From an uncultured Roseburia sp. (lineage in GTDB: Bacteria; Bacillota; Clostridia; Lachnospirales; Lachnospiraceae): DNA of 64,000 nt. The stretch is taken from contig CAMUGE010000001.1 of NCBI GenBank assembly GCA_947088345.1, positions 85,657 to 149,656 of the forward strand, given 5' to 3'. Every line of letters starts with the position of its first letter. The first letter of the stretch is position 1. A program made the translations under genes and the position numbers. Of the stretch, positions 8,319-18,481 are shown in pieces. Under the pieces are notes generated by a model that saw only the letters and a program-made list of their open reading frames with translations, had not been told where the DNA came from and did no database searches.

Positions 8319-10667
8319 ATGAAAATGACACTGAAAGACCTGGAAATTGCAAAAACGGCAACGATTTGTTCTATTGGAGGAGAGGGCGCGCTGCGCCAGC
8401 ATTTTCTTGATATGGGGCTGATTCCCGGGGCGAAAGTGACAATGGTAAAATTTGCGCCTATGGGAGATCCGCTGGAAGTTATGATACAGGGATATGAACT
8501 GACGCTTCGGGTAGCAGATGCGGCGAAAATTGAGATTGAGCATGTGACGGAACAAAAAGCGTCGGTGGGATCAAAAAAGGAACGTCGCCCGGTTCCGCAT
8601 CCCGGCCTTGGAGAGGGCGGCAGGTATCACAGGAAAGAGGAGGAACATCCGCTGCCAAAAGGACAGTCGCTTACCTTTGCGCTGATCGGCAATCAAAACT
8701 GCGGAAAGACAACGCTTTTTAACCGGCTGACCGGTTCTAACCAGCATGTCGGAAATTTTCCGGGCGTTACGGTTGACCGGAAAGACGGCTCGATACGCGG
8801 ACACGACGATACGTGTATCACCGACCTGCCGGGAATCTATTCCATGTCTCCATACAGCAGCGAGGAGATTGTGACAAGGGAATTTTTACTCAGAGAGCGT
8901 CCATGCGGCATTATCAATATTGTAGATGCGTCCAATGTTGAGCGAAATCTCTATCTGACGATGCAGCTGCTGGAACTTGACATGCCTATGGTTGTTGCGC
9001 TCAATATGATGGATGAGGTCAGGGAAAACGGAGGTTCCGTACATATCAATGAAATGGAAGAAATGCTCGGTGTTCCCGTCATTCCGATTTCAGCGGCAAA
9101 AAACGAGGGAATCCATGAAGTCGTGGACCATGCGCTCCATGTCGCGAAATACGGGGAATGTCCGCAGCGCATTGATTATTGCGACGGAGACGGCGGGGAG
9201 AGCGCGGTGCACCGATGTATTCACGGAATTATGCATCTGATTGAAGATCATGCAAAGGGAGCGGCAATTCCGGTGCGTTTTGCTGCAAGTAAGCTGATTG
9301 AGGGGGATTCGCTGGTCACAGACAGCTTAAACCTAAACCAAAACGAGAAAGAAATGATCGAGCATATTATTATTCAGATGGAGGAGGAATGCGGACTGGA
9401 CCGGGCGGCGGCGCTTGCCGATATGCGGTTTCAATTTATACGCCGCGTCTGTGACGAATCCGTAGTTAAGCCGAAAGAGAGCAGGGAACATGTAAGAAGT
9501 GCGAAAATTGACCGTATTCTGACCGGAAAATACACGGCGATCCCGATGTTTGTTTTGATTATGGGTCTTGTATTCTGGCTTACTTTTCATATCATTGGAG
9601 CCGGTCTTGCCAGTCTGCTTGATTTTTTTATCTCCGGTCTTACAGAGCTTACCGATCAGGCGCTTACAGCTGCCAGTGTCAGTGATGTGCTCCATTCGCT
9701 TGTCATTGACGGAATCTTTAACGGGGTGGGAAGTGTGTTGAGTTTTCTGCCGATTATTATTACGTTGTTTTTCTTTTTGTCTATTCTGGAGGACAGCGGA
9801 TATATGGCAAGAGTTGCTTTTGTGATGGATAAGCTGCTTAGAAAGATAGGCTTATCCGGACGAAGTATTGTTCCGATGCTGATCGGATTCGGTTGTACCG
9901 TGCCGGGCGTGATGGCGAGCAGGACGCTCTCTTCCGAGCGCGACCGCAAAATGACGATCCTGTTAACGCCATTTATGAGCTGTTCTGCAAAGCTTCCGAT
10001 CTATGCGTTTTTTACTGCTGCATTTTTTCCGGGATACGGAGCGCTGGTGATGGTCGGCTTGTATTTTATCGGTATTTTGGCGGGCGTTTTGATAGCGCTT
10101 GTGATGAAACGCACGATGTTTCAGGGCGAGGCCGTGCCGTTTGTAATGGAACTTCCAAATTACAGGATGCCGGGAATCAAAAATGTGGCGCAGCTTTTGT
10201 GGGATAAAGCAAAGGACTTTTTGCAGAGAGCTTTTACTGTGATATTTATCGCGACTATTATAATATGGTTTTTGCAGACATTCGATATCCGTCTGAATGT
10301 TGTGGCGGATTCCAAAGACAGTATGTTAGCTGCGGTGGCAGGAGTGCTCTCTCCGATTTTCGTTCCGCTGGGTTTTGGCGACTGGAGGATTTCGACAGCG
10401 CTTTTAACCGGATTTATGGCAAAAGAAAGCGTTGTCTCAACGCTGTCTGTATTGATGGGGTCTGTCGGTGTTTTGACTAACGCCGTCGAGACGGCGGGCG
10501 CGGCGTCCCTGCTGGTTTTTAGTCTGCTCTACACGCCATGTGTTGCGGCCGTTGCCGCGATAAAGCGGGAACTTGGCGGCAAATGGGCGTTTTTGGTTGC
10601 GGTTGGCCAGTGCGTGGTCGCATGGCTTGCGGCATGGCTGGTATATGCAGTTATTAAGGCGCTGTAA
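8319..10667 (+). CDS. feoB: Ferrous iron transporter, FeoA-FeoB fusion
   Basis: N-terminal FeoA (LDMGLIPGAKV..APMGDPLEV); GTPase GNQNCGKTT, NFPGVT, DLPG; gate motifs PMLIGFGCTVP and PFMSCSAKL. Confidence 0.95.
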   Translation: MKMTLKDLEIAKTATICSIGGEGALRQHFLDMGLIPGAKVTMVKFAPMGDPLEVMIQGYELTLRVADAAKIEIEHVTEQKASVGSKKERRPVPHPGLGEGGRYHRKEEEHPLPKGQSLTFALIGNQNCGKTTLFNRLTGSNQHVGNFPGVTVDRKDGSIRGHDDTCITDLPGIYSMSPYSSEEIVTREFLLRERPCGIINIVDASNVERNLYLTMQLLELDMPMVVALNMMDEVRENGGSVHINEMEEMLGVPVIPISAAKNEGIHEVVDHALHVAKYGECPQRIDYCDGDGGESAVHRCIHGIMHLIEDHAKGAAIPVRFAASKLIEGDSLVTDSLNLNQNEKEMIEHIIIQMEEECGLDRAAALADMRFQFIRRVCDESVVKPKESREHVRSAKIDRILTGKYTAIPMFVLIMGLVFWLTFHIIGAGLASLLDFFISGLTELTDQALTAASVSDVLHSLVIDGIFNGVGSVLSFLPIIITLFFFLSILEDSGYMARVAFVMDKLLRKIGLSGRSIVPMLIGFGCTVPGVMASRTLSSERDRKMTILLTPFMSCSAKLPIYAFFTAAFFPGYGALVMVGLYFIGILAGVLIALVMKRTMFQGEAVPFVMELPNYRMPGIKNVAQLLWDKAKDFLQRAFTVIFIATIIIWFLQTFDIRLNVVADSKDSMLAAVAGVLSPIFVPLGFGDWRISTALLTGFMAKESVVSTLSVLMGSVGVLTNAVETAGAASLLVFSLLYTPCVAAVAAIKRELGGKWAFLVAVGQCVVAWLAAWLVYAVIKAL

Positions 10668-11946
10668 CAATTTTCTGCGCCATGTCGGACGAGGCGGACA
10701 GCGGCATGTTTTCCGCCGCTTGTCGTTTTGTGTGTGCGCCAGAGTGATATTTCATAAATTTTACCTGTTCGTAGAGGTCGGCCGCATAGATATCTTTCTG
10801 AAACAGAGCAAGGGCATTTGCGGATAATATATTTTTGGCGGCGGAGGCTTTGGAGATCAGCGGAATATCCGCTGATTTTTTTATAACAGAAAGCAGCGGA
10901 GAAGCCGTTTTGTTCAGGCCAAGTATGCGCAGATAGGGAATTGATCCTGATTCCCGAAAACGAGCATAATCTTTTTTTGTGTGGCCGAGCATGATATGAA
11001 GCAGGATGCGGCTCATTCTGGCGTATGTGACATTGCGGCTCTTCATCAGGCCGGTAAACTGTGAAAAAGATTGAAACATAGGCAGGCGGTTTTTCAGGCG
11101 GTTTGCGATTTCAGGCGTCAGGTCGGCTGCGTCTGACAATTCGTCGGCGCTTTTGGAGAGAAGCGCATAATAAAGGATTGCCGAAAAATCATCCTGAGAC
11201 AAAAATACGCTGTTTCTTTGATATTCGTCAATCATATGCAGAGAAGAGTCCGGCATGATTCGGGAAAATACTGTTTTTTCCAGACGTCCGTAACGGCCTG
11301 TTTTTTGCCGCAGCAGGAAGCTTCGAATTGCGGAGGCGGACGGATTTTTGGCAGAAAGACTCCTGTCGTGATAACCAGCTCCTGACCGTTTAATCAGATA
11401 AGGCGTAATGGGGGAGTTTTGCCGGCGGAGCGCTTTGATATATTCCAGTGCAAGAATATTGTTGGGAGAGGACAGGAACGCCGTATCTTCGACGCCGGCC
11501 TTTTTCAGCGCATATTCTGCAGCGAGCGGATAGGAAAGACCCTGTTTTAAAAAGCCGGTGACTGCGTGTGAAAATGTGGGCGGTTCGTCAACCAGCAGAT
11601 CTGCCAGATCATAAAACAGAGAAAGATTCTCTGTCTCTGCGCCAAAACACAGATAATCAATACAGTGCATCCGGTCAAAGAGCAGGACGCCGGACTCTGC
11701 AAAATAAGGAGCGCTGGAAGCGGACCAGAGCGACGGAAGTTCCAGTACCAGGTCAATCCCGCAGGATAAAGCCATTTTGGCGCGCGCATATTTGTCCATG
11801 ACGGCAGGAGCGCCGCGCTGCACAAAATCCCCGCTCATAGCGGCGATGACATAATCGGCGCCCGTCTTTGATTTTAATTCCCTGATCTGATATGCATGGC
11901 CGTGGTGAAACGGGTTATATTCTGCGATAATACCGGCGATTTTCAT
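10654..11946 (-). CDS. tmcAL: tRNA(Met) cytidine acetate ligase (HIGH nucleotidyltransferase)
   Basis: IIAEYNPFHHGH, MSGDFVQRG, PNNILALEY, SASAIR; RBS GGAGG before ATG 11946. Confidence 0.9.
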   Translation of the reverse strand: MKIAGIIAEYNPFHHGHAYQIRELKSKTGADYVIAAMSGDFVQRGAPAVMDKYARAKMALSCGIDLVLELPSLWSASSAPYFAESGVLLFDRMHCIDYLCFGAETENLSLFYDLADLLVDEPPTFSHAVTGFLKQGLSYPLAAEYALKKAGVEDTAFLSSPNNILALEYIKALRRQNSPITPYLIKRSGAGYHDRSLSAKNPSASAIRSFLLRQKTGRYGRLEKTVFSRIMPDSSLHMIDEYQRNSVFLSQDDFSAILYYALLSKSADELSDAADLTPEIANRLKNRLPMFQSFSQFTGLMKSRNVTYARMSRILLHIMLGHTKKDYARFRESGSIPYLRILGLNKTASPLLSVIKKSADIPLISKASAAKNILSANALALFQKDIYAADLYEQVKFMKYHSGAHTKRQAAENMPLSASSDMAQKIVTAP

Positions 11947-12012
11947 ATTGCCTCCATAAATATATTTTTGTTTTGCAGCGGCGTGCGGGAACATAGGGCC
12001 GGTTGCTTTTCC

Positions 12013-12041
12013 AGTATAGCGATATTTGTATTTTTGTGCAA
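12013..12041 (-). promoter_or_regulatory. Sigma-A-like promoter for tmcAL
   Basis: Minus strand TTGCAC-17-TATACT. Confidence 0.55.
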
Positions 12042-12058
12042 GAGCGCCGATCTTTTTC

Positions 12059-12087
12059 TTGACGCATTCTGCAGGTATCCGTACAAT
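12059..12087 (+). promoter_or_regulatory. Sigma-A-like promoter for the YD-repeat gene
   Basis: TTGACG-17-TACAAT, divergent from the tmcAL promoter. Confidence 0.6.
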
Positions 12088-12132
12088 ATAAGAAATCATA
12101 GGAAAGCGTGCGCGTTAATTGGGAGGATTCTG

Positions 12133-13419
12133 TTGAAGAAGAAAAAAAATACCTCAAAAATACTATACAGAGTGATTGTGGCGGCGTTGTTTAGCTCTAT
12201 GGCAATAGCGGTCATTGCCTCATTGTCAGGCGGTTATGAAAATCTCGTTCATGAGACGGCAGTACCGCGCACAGTGCGTGCAAGGTTAAACGGTTCGCTG
12301 CACGTTCCGCTGCGAAAATTATATTGTTCCCGGACAGATACCAATGACAATATTGCGGCAAAGGAGGGGGCTGTCTCTTTGCGTAATGTAACAGTATATC
12401 AGTATGATACGAACGGGAACACCATACATTGGTATCAGTACGATAAAAATGGGTGGCTTTCGGATTATTCCAATTCCTATTATGATTTATACGGAACAGT
12501 TATCTGCAATCAGGAGTATGATATGCTGACAGGAGAGGAAGAGGAGACGCTTTATGACAATCATTATGATGAAAAAGGACGGATCACGGAGCAGACTGCG
12601 TACCAGGACGGGAAAGTAAGTCTGTTTAAAACGTTTTAATACAGGGATGGGGTTGTCATCGTGGTATCTTCCGGCAAAGACAGTCAGGACAGGATGGTTA
12701 TGATCTCTACGGAGGAACAAAAAAAGCTCTGTGAATATGTATATGATAAAGACGGCAGAAAAAAAACATATCTGTACAGATATTATGACGGCAGGGGGCG
12801 TGATCTCTTGCAGGTGGCCGGATATGGACTGACGGACGATCACCCGCAGAAAGCGCTTTACACAGAGTGGGACGACAGTTCATACGCCAGCACGGAGTCA
12901 CTCTATATACCGGGAGATTCCCGGGCGCCCGCCGCATACCAGCAAAACCGGTATACAAACGACTGGCAGCAGACAGACGGCGTGCGTTTCGATTGCAGCG
13001 GAGAAGATCCATGCGTTACTGACGCTTATCAGGCAGTTTTTTTGGAAGATGAGGAGACGGGTGACATACAACGGAGCCATGAAGTGAAATTTGACGGACA
13101 TAAACTGGAATATTTTCATGTCTATCAATACCGCAATACAGAGCATGGCAGAGCGCTGACAACAAAATTTTCCTATAAAGTGACAGGCGGCGCAGCGGAG
13201 CGCACCTTAGAGCATTACGAATACAACGAGTCCGGAGACGTTGTAACAAACTTTAAATATATTGTCAATGGTGATTTTACGTTAAACGGAACTTCCGGCA
13301 GCAGAAAACTCCGGTTTTATGACAGCGGGAAACTCCGGTCGTTTCTGATGGAGGAAGACAGTGAGGGTATGGCGGAAGAGTATGAATTTCGTGAGGATGG
13401 AACAGCGATTTTTTCATAA
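12133..13419 (+). pseudogene. Membrane-anchored YD-repeat-like protein interrupted by an in-frame TAA at 12637-12639
   Basis: RBS GGGAGG plus TTG 12133; N-terminal TM helix; YxYD..G repeats on both sides of the stop; both ORF-track pieces share one frame (FKTF*YRDGVVIVVS). Confidence 0.75.
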
Positions 13420-13779
13420 CTTTTCGCATTGCAGATTTATGCCCCAATTGTTATTCTCAATGGGCGCACGTTCAGTACGCCTCAACTGTCTGCCTTAAAA
13501 AAGCCGAAATTTTCTTCCTTTGAGCTCGAAGGGCCATGCAAAAATAAATCTTTTGCACTGACGGCGTGCATACCTGTCAATTGATGGGGAGGATCATAAA
13601 AACTTATCCATATATTAAGAAAAAATAAATGGAAAAAATCCTGTACTTGTGTATAATGCCAGTTAGGATGTATCAATATAGCATCAGAACGCCGTTGCCT
13701 GACAGGAGCGTGTGTTTTGTAGAATGTCGGTAGACGAACTGATCATCGTTAAAAATAAGAGAGGAAATGGAGAATACGA

Positions 13780-14754
13780 ATGCAGGCAGGATTAGACATG
13801 ATCGATATCACGCATATAAGCGCAGAACAGACAGATCAGAGATTGAATACGAATGTATATCGTTCCAAAGACTATGATAAAACAAAGCGAAAGAGAGCCG
13901 CAGGGAAACGCCGGCGGAAAGTTCGACTGATTGGACGCATAGTCGCCGCTCTTTTCGGTGTGGCGGTATGTCTGACGGCCGCTAATTTTATAAAACAGTT
14001 TCGTTCCGGCAATCCGGAATATGAATCTATTACAGAATCTTATCGGCCAAACCGGCCGAAAGTGATAGAGACGTATGAGGCAATGAACGAGCTTGCGCAG
14101 CAGGCTTTAAAATATCCGGAATTTGAGGAGATTTACAACAGTGCACAGGAATATCCGGAAAAACTGATTGCAGCGCTTTGCAACAATCCGGAAATGTATG
14201 AATTTGTAAAAGGGTATCCACAGTCGGACGGTACAGTAAGCGGCGGAATCAGCAGACAGGAACTTGACGAGGATTATCCGTTGTTTTTACAGTGGGACAA
14301 GCGCTGGGGATACTATTCATATGGGGATAGTATGATAGGGCTTGCCGGATGCGGGCCGACCTGTCTGTCCATGGTGATTGTGTCTCTGACGAAAAATGCG
14401 GAGGCGACGCCGGACAGGATCGCGTCTTTTAGTATGGATCACGGTCATTATGTGGAGGGTACAGGAACCGCGTGGAGCCTAATGACGGATGCGGTATCCG
14501 ACTATGGAATCACCGCGAAGACAATCTCGCTTGACGAGTACATTATGAAAAAGAATCTTGACAGCGGCTCCATGCTGATCTGTTCGGTAGGCGCCGGTGA
14601 TTTTACGGCAGCCGGTCATTTTATTGTAATTTATGGTTATAAAGACGGGGAGTTTCTCGTGAACGATCCCAACTGCATCGAGAGAAGCGACAGAACATGG
14701 TCTTTCGATGAATTATCTCATCAGATCAGAGGGCTGTGGTCATATACCATATAA
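13780..14754 (+). CDS. Membrane-anchored peptidase C39-like cysteine protease
   Basis: QWDKRWG..GCGPTCLSMV..GHFIV..VNDPN; one TM helix after a basic stretch. Confidence 0.85.
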   Translation: MQAGLDMIDITHISAEQTDQRLNTNVYRSKDYDKTKRKRAAGKRRRKVRLIGRIVAALFGVAVCLTAANFIKQFRSGNPEYESITESYRPNRPKVIETYEAMNELAQQALKYPEFEEIYNSAQEYPEKLIAALCNNPEMYEFVKGYPQSDGTVSGGISRQELDEDYPLFLQWDKRWGYYSYGDSMIGLAGCGPTCLSMVIVSLTKNAEATPDRIASFSMDHGHYVEGTGTAWSLMTDAVSDYGITAKTISLDEYIMKKNLDSGSMLICSVGAGDFTAAGHFIVIYGYKDGEFLVNDPNCIERSDRTWSFDELSHQIRGLWSYTI

Positions 14755-14771
14755 TTCTGCCGCATGTTCTT

Positions 14772-15422
14772 TTACAGTTTCTTAATTATTTTTTCAATAT
14801 CCATCTGGTGGCCAATGACCATCAGATGTTCTTCCCTGCGGAACACATAATCCGGTCCCGGCATAAGCGTCATTCCCTCGTCTGTCTTAACGCCTATAAT
14901 ATTCGTGTGATATTTTGCACGTATATCAAGGCTTTTGATGGAATGGCCAATCCATTCCGGGAGCGGCGCAATTTCGTAGATGGAAAATCCTTTTCCGAGT
15001 TCTACATAGTCAAACACCTGATTGGCCGAGAAGCGCACTGCTACTTTTTCCGCAATGTCCCGGTCAGGGTAAATCACTTCGTCCGCTCCGTTTCGAAGCA
15101 GAAATTTTGCATGGATATCGCGGTTTGCCTTGCTGACTACATACTTCGCGCCGAGTTCTTTTAACTGGCTTGTAATTTCAAGACTGCTCTGAAAATTGTT
15201 GCCGATACAGACAAAGCAGATGTCAAAATTTCCAACGCCAAGGCTTCTGAGTACTTTTTCATTGCTGCAGTCGCCGATTTTTGCGCTGATCACATGCGGC
15301 AGCAGATCTTCCAGTCTGGATTCGTCCTGATCGACAATCATAATTTCATTGTCCAGCTTTGAGAGATCCATACACAGATGAGAGCCGAAACGGCCAAGTC
15401 CGATAATTAAAATTGATTTCAT
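14772..15422 (-). CDS. ktrA: Ktr/Trk potassium uptake RCK subunit
   Basis: IIGLGRFG Rossmann motif, GADEVIYPD, C-terminal RCK_C; RBS GGAGG before ATG 15422. Confidence 0.9.
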   Translation of the reverse strand: MKSILIIGLGRFGSHLCMDLSKLDNEIMIVDQDESRLEDLLPHVISAKIGDCSNEKVLRSLGVGNFDICFVCIGNNFQSSLEITSQLKELGAKYVVSKANRDIHAKFLLRNGADEVIYPDRDIAEKVAVRFSANQVFDYVELGKGFSIYEIAPLPEWIGHSIKSLDIRAKYHTNIIGVKTDEGMTLMPGPDYVFRREEHLMVIGHQMDIEKIIKKL

Positions 15423-15472
15423 AATTTCCTCCGATTTTACGCGCAGTTTGCGTGAATTTTGAAAAATAACAA

Positions 15473-16852
15473 TCAACCGATATTTACATGTTCCACCGGC
15501 TGCATAACGTGTGTAATTTTTTTATGGTCGGTAAAAGAAAGTGCAAACGAAAGGCTTCCCAACCGGCCGATATACATCAGAAATGCAAGGATACAAAGCG
15601 ATATATGGTTCATCGAACCGGTTATTCCGGTACTCATGCCGACCGTACAGACTGCGGATACAACTTCAAACAAAACGTCTCCGATGGGAAAGTTTTGCAT
15701 TCCGCATATGGCAAGCGTTGCCGCAATCACTGCGAAAAGATAAGTACAGAGCAGCGCGGATGCTTTTGTAATCGTATCGGTATCAATTCGTCTGTGAAAA
15801 ATATTCGTTCCCATCGTACGTAACAGCGTGGAGCGCAGATATAGCAATAATACAAAGATTGTAGCCATTTTAACGCCGCCTGCGGTGGAACCGGAACCGC
15901 CGCCGATAAACATCAGAACAATGGTAAGCAGCTTTCCTCCCTCGGAGAGCGCGCCGGTGTCGGTTGTATTAAATCCGGCGGTGCGGGGCGTTACTGCATT
16001 AAAAAATGCGCTGCATATTTTTCCGGTTGCGCTCATGTCGGCATAAAGCCGGTTTCCTTCCAACAGGTAAAAAAGAAGCGCGCCGCCGAAAATCAGGACG
16101 GCAGACATGCTTAAGACCATTTTGGTCTGCAGGGAATATTTTCGCAGGCGCCATTTGTGATCTGCGATGTCGTTCCAGACAATAAAGCCAATTCCGCCGG
16201 TTAAAATTAAAAAGCATAAGGTAAAACAGACAATCGGGTCGTCATAATAGGCAGTGAATGACGAATACTGTTTGTAGCGGCCCATCAGGTCAAACCCGCC
16301 GTTGCAGAATGCGGAGACAGAGTGAAAAATACCATAGTAGATGCTCTGTAACAGACCCATGCGGGGAAGAAAGCGTATCGTTAAGATCAGTGCGCCAATT
16401 CCTTCCAACAGCAGCGTTCCCTTTAACACGCGCCGGATCAGACGCACAACGCCGCCGATATCAAGTACATTAAAGCTCTCCCGTATCCAGCCGCGCTCCC
16501 GTAAACCGATTTTCCTGTGCAGGATCAGCGCGACGGCAGTTCCGATTGTGATAAACCCAAGTCCGCCGATTTGAATTAGGAGAAGCAGGATCAGCTGGCC
16601 AAAGACGGACCATTGTGTAAAAGTGTCCGCTACAATCAGGCCGGTTACGCAGGATGCGCTTGTCGAAGTAAACAGGGCGGTCATAAAAGGCGTTCCGGTA
16701 TTGGTTCTGGAAGAAATCGGAAGCATTAAGAGAAAAGTACCGGTCATAATCAGCAGGAAAAATCCCAGCGCAATCAATTGCATTCCTGACAGTTTTTTTG
16801 GCGTAAATTTCTGTCTGTCGGATTTCCCGTTCCGGAAAAGTTTATCAAACAT
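15473..16852 (-). CDS. ktrB: Ktr/Trk potassium uptake membrane subunit
   Basis: Four pore-loop motifs: SCVTGL, FCNGGF, PRTAGF, VCTVGM. Confidence 0.92.
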   Translation of the reverse strand: MFDKLFRNGKSDRQKFTPKKLSGMQLIALGFFLLIMTGTFLLMLPISSRTNTGTPFMTALFTSTSASCVTGLIVADTFTQWSVFGQLILLLLIQIGGLGFITIGTAVALILHRKIGLRERGWIRESFNVLDIGGVVRLIRRVLKGTLLLEGIGALILTIRFLPRMGLLQSIYYGIFHSVSAFCNGGFDLMGRYKQYSSFTAYYDDPIVCFTLCFLILTGGIGFIVWNDIADHKWRLRKYSLQTKMVLSMSAVLIFGGALLFYLLEGNRLYADMSATGKICSAFFNAVTPRTAGFNTTDTGALSEGGKLLTIVLMFIGGGSGSTAGGVKMATIFVLLLYLRSTLLRTMGTNIFHRRIDTDTITKASALLCTYLFAVIAATLAICGMQNFPIGDVLFEVVSAVCTVGMSTGITGSMNHISLCILAFLMYIGRLGSLSFALSFTDHKKITHVMQPVEHVNIG

Positions 16853-17137
16853 AGCGGAAAATTCTCCTTTTTTGCGAAATATCTGTAATACATTTAAAAA
16901 CGATATCTATTATAGTACAAACTTTTTCGTTTGTATAGCGTTAAATTTCACGATCCTGAAGGAAGAGCCCGCCAAAGCGGGCGGATAGGAGTGATGCGCT
17001 GCGGAATCAATTTCTTACGGTATGTGCGGCTTTTGAACAGATCTTTGTGAACCGTATCCAGTTGTGACAATATAATTCAGGACAGTAAGGTTTGTGTCGA
17101 TATAGAGTGAGAAGAACTTTATAAGGAAAGGCAGGTT

Positions 17138-17719
17138 ATGTTGATGCAGACGATCAATTTCAGCGGGTTTGGGAAAACCCTGCAACCGCAGAAGGGGAAA
17201 AAGACGATGACGGACCGGCTGATCGGGAATCTCGGAAAAACAAATTATGGCTGCAATAAGAGAAAAATGCCGCTTGTCTCAGGCAAAGATACCTTTTCCG
17301 TTTCGGGTCTGATCTCTGATCTGGTGAGTCCTGCCTGCGGCATGACAGAAGAGGAAAAGCAGGCGTATCTGGCCAAAATACGTGCCAAACTTGAACGCGG
17401 CGAAAAGCTGACTGCGGAGGAAATGCGGTTTTTGCAGGCGGAGGACCCTGTTTTGTATCAACAGGCGGCGCGCGTAATGGCAATGCGCGAAGCGCTTGAA
17501 AACCAGCTGAAGCAATGTACGTCCAAAGAACAGGCGCAGAACGTCTATTCTGCGGCAGTCTATTCTGTTTCAAAGGACGATCCAATGAAAACATGTATCA
17601 TTGCCGCATACAACAATGTGATGAAAGAATATATGGAGTCCGACGAATATAAAAGTCTTCCGGATACGGAGAAAGAAGCGAAAGAGAAGAAGACAGGCTC
17701 GATGACAAAGAGTAAATGA
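17138..17719 (+). CDS. Hypothetical helical protein
   Basis: 193-aa ORF with RBS; charged helical composition; no motif recognised. Confidence 0.65.
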   Translation: MLMQTINFSGFGKTLQPQKGKKTMTDRLIGNLGKTNYGCNKRKMPLVSGKDTFSVSGLISDLVSPACGMTEEEKQAYLAKIRAKLERGEKLTAEEMRFLQAEDPVLYQQAARVMAMREALENQLKQCTSKEQAQNVYSAAVYSVSKDDPMKTCIIAAYNNVMKEYMESDEYKSLPDTEKEAKEKKTGSMTKSK

Positions 17720-17811
17720 AATCTATTTCTTTGAATGTCGGAAAAATTGGAGTGTTGCAAAATTTTGTTGTATTTTTTGCAGTTTCCCAAAAAATAATTG
17801 TATAAAAATGG

Positions 17812-17839
17812 TTGACGAAAGCAAAAAATCTGCTATAAT
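17812..17839 (+). promoter_or_regulatory. Sigma-A promoter for rpsU
   Basis: TTGACG-16-TATAAT with extended -10 TG. Confidence 0.65.
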
Positions 17840-17916
17840 AAATTGCAGTGCAATCATATTACCCAAACAGTTGAATATGCACAATACGCAACTGGAGGGA
17901 GGTTAGGTGTGAGAGG

Positions 17917-18093
17917 ATGTCTAGTGTAATAGTAAAAGAAAACGAGACTTTAGACAATGCTTTACGCCGTTTCAAAAGAAACTGCGCAAAGGCAGGTATC
18001 CAGCAGGAGATTCGTAAGAGAGAACATTACGAGAAGCCGAGCGTAAAGCGTAAGAAAAAATCTGAAGCAGCAAGAAAAAGAAAGTACAATTAA
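17917..18093 (+). CDS. rpsU: 30S ribosomal protein S21 (58 aa, absent from the ORF track)
   Basis: Manual translation [58 protein letters not shown]. Confidence 0.97.
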   Translation: MSSVIVKENETLDNALRRFKRNCAKAGIQQEIRKREHYEKPSVKRKKKSEAARKRKYN

Positions 18094-18098
18094 TCTAT

Positions 18099-18130
18099 AA
18101 AAAAGCTACCACGGTTGTGGTAGCTTTTTT
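18099..18130 (+). terminator. Intrinsic terminator of rpsU
   Basis: AAAAAAGCTACCAC-ggtt-GTGGTAGCTTTTTT perfect inverted repeat. Confidence 0.9.
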
Positions 18131-18180
18131 AGTGGCTTTTATGATTGGAGTTCAATTTGGCGAAAGGAAAGAATCGGGAG

Positions 18181-18389
18181 ATGAATTTAAGAAAATATAA
18201 ACCGGACGACTGCCGTCTTTTCTAAAGCATTATACCGTGATAGCGGAACACAGAGGAACGATTGTGGGTTTTGGCGATATTTCGGCAGACGGGTATCTGG
18301 ACAGACTGTATGTGCATAAAGACTATCAAACGCAGGGAATCGCGTCGATGATCTGCAGCGAACTGGAACATATTCATGGAAAAATTTGA
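18181..18389 (+). pseudogene. GNAT acetyltransferase remnant (internal deletion and truncation)
   Basis: MNLRKYKPDDCRLF* then, in another frame, HYTVIAEHRGTIVGFGDISADGYLDRLYVHKDYQTQGIASMICSELE (GNAT motif A). Confidence 0.8.
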
Positions 18390-18481
18390 AAATAAAATGA
18401 ACTTATCCTGCAGTTATTACAATGTATCAGTGAAGGGCAGAAAAAAACTCCCTAAAAGACGTCTTAGAATTGGAGAAACAA

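Noticed and set aside
11947-12132. N-terminal extensions given by the ORF track for tmcAL and the YD gene (likewise groES, ktrA, S8, pheT)
   Set aside because: Better RBS-linked starts lie downstream; here the extensions would overlap the divergent promoters
12133-13419. Rhs polymorphic toxin
   Set aside because: Too short, no DPxG core-end motif, no toxin tip or immunity gene; only YD-like repeats are supported
16853-17137. c-di-AMP (ydaO) riboswitch upstream of ktrB
   Set aside because: No ydaO-type conserved blocks recognised, and a -10 box lies only about 60 nt from the start. A TACAAAC-6-GTTTGTA inverted repeat (16916-16935) could be an operator but is too short to call
18398-18428. 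Autoregulatory ECF promoter (TGAACTT...TGTATC)
   Set aside because: The -35 is plausible but spacing is off and the -10 consensus for this sigma is unknown; not supportable without TSS data
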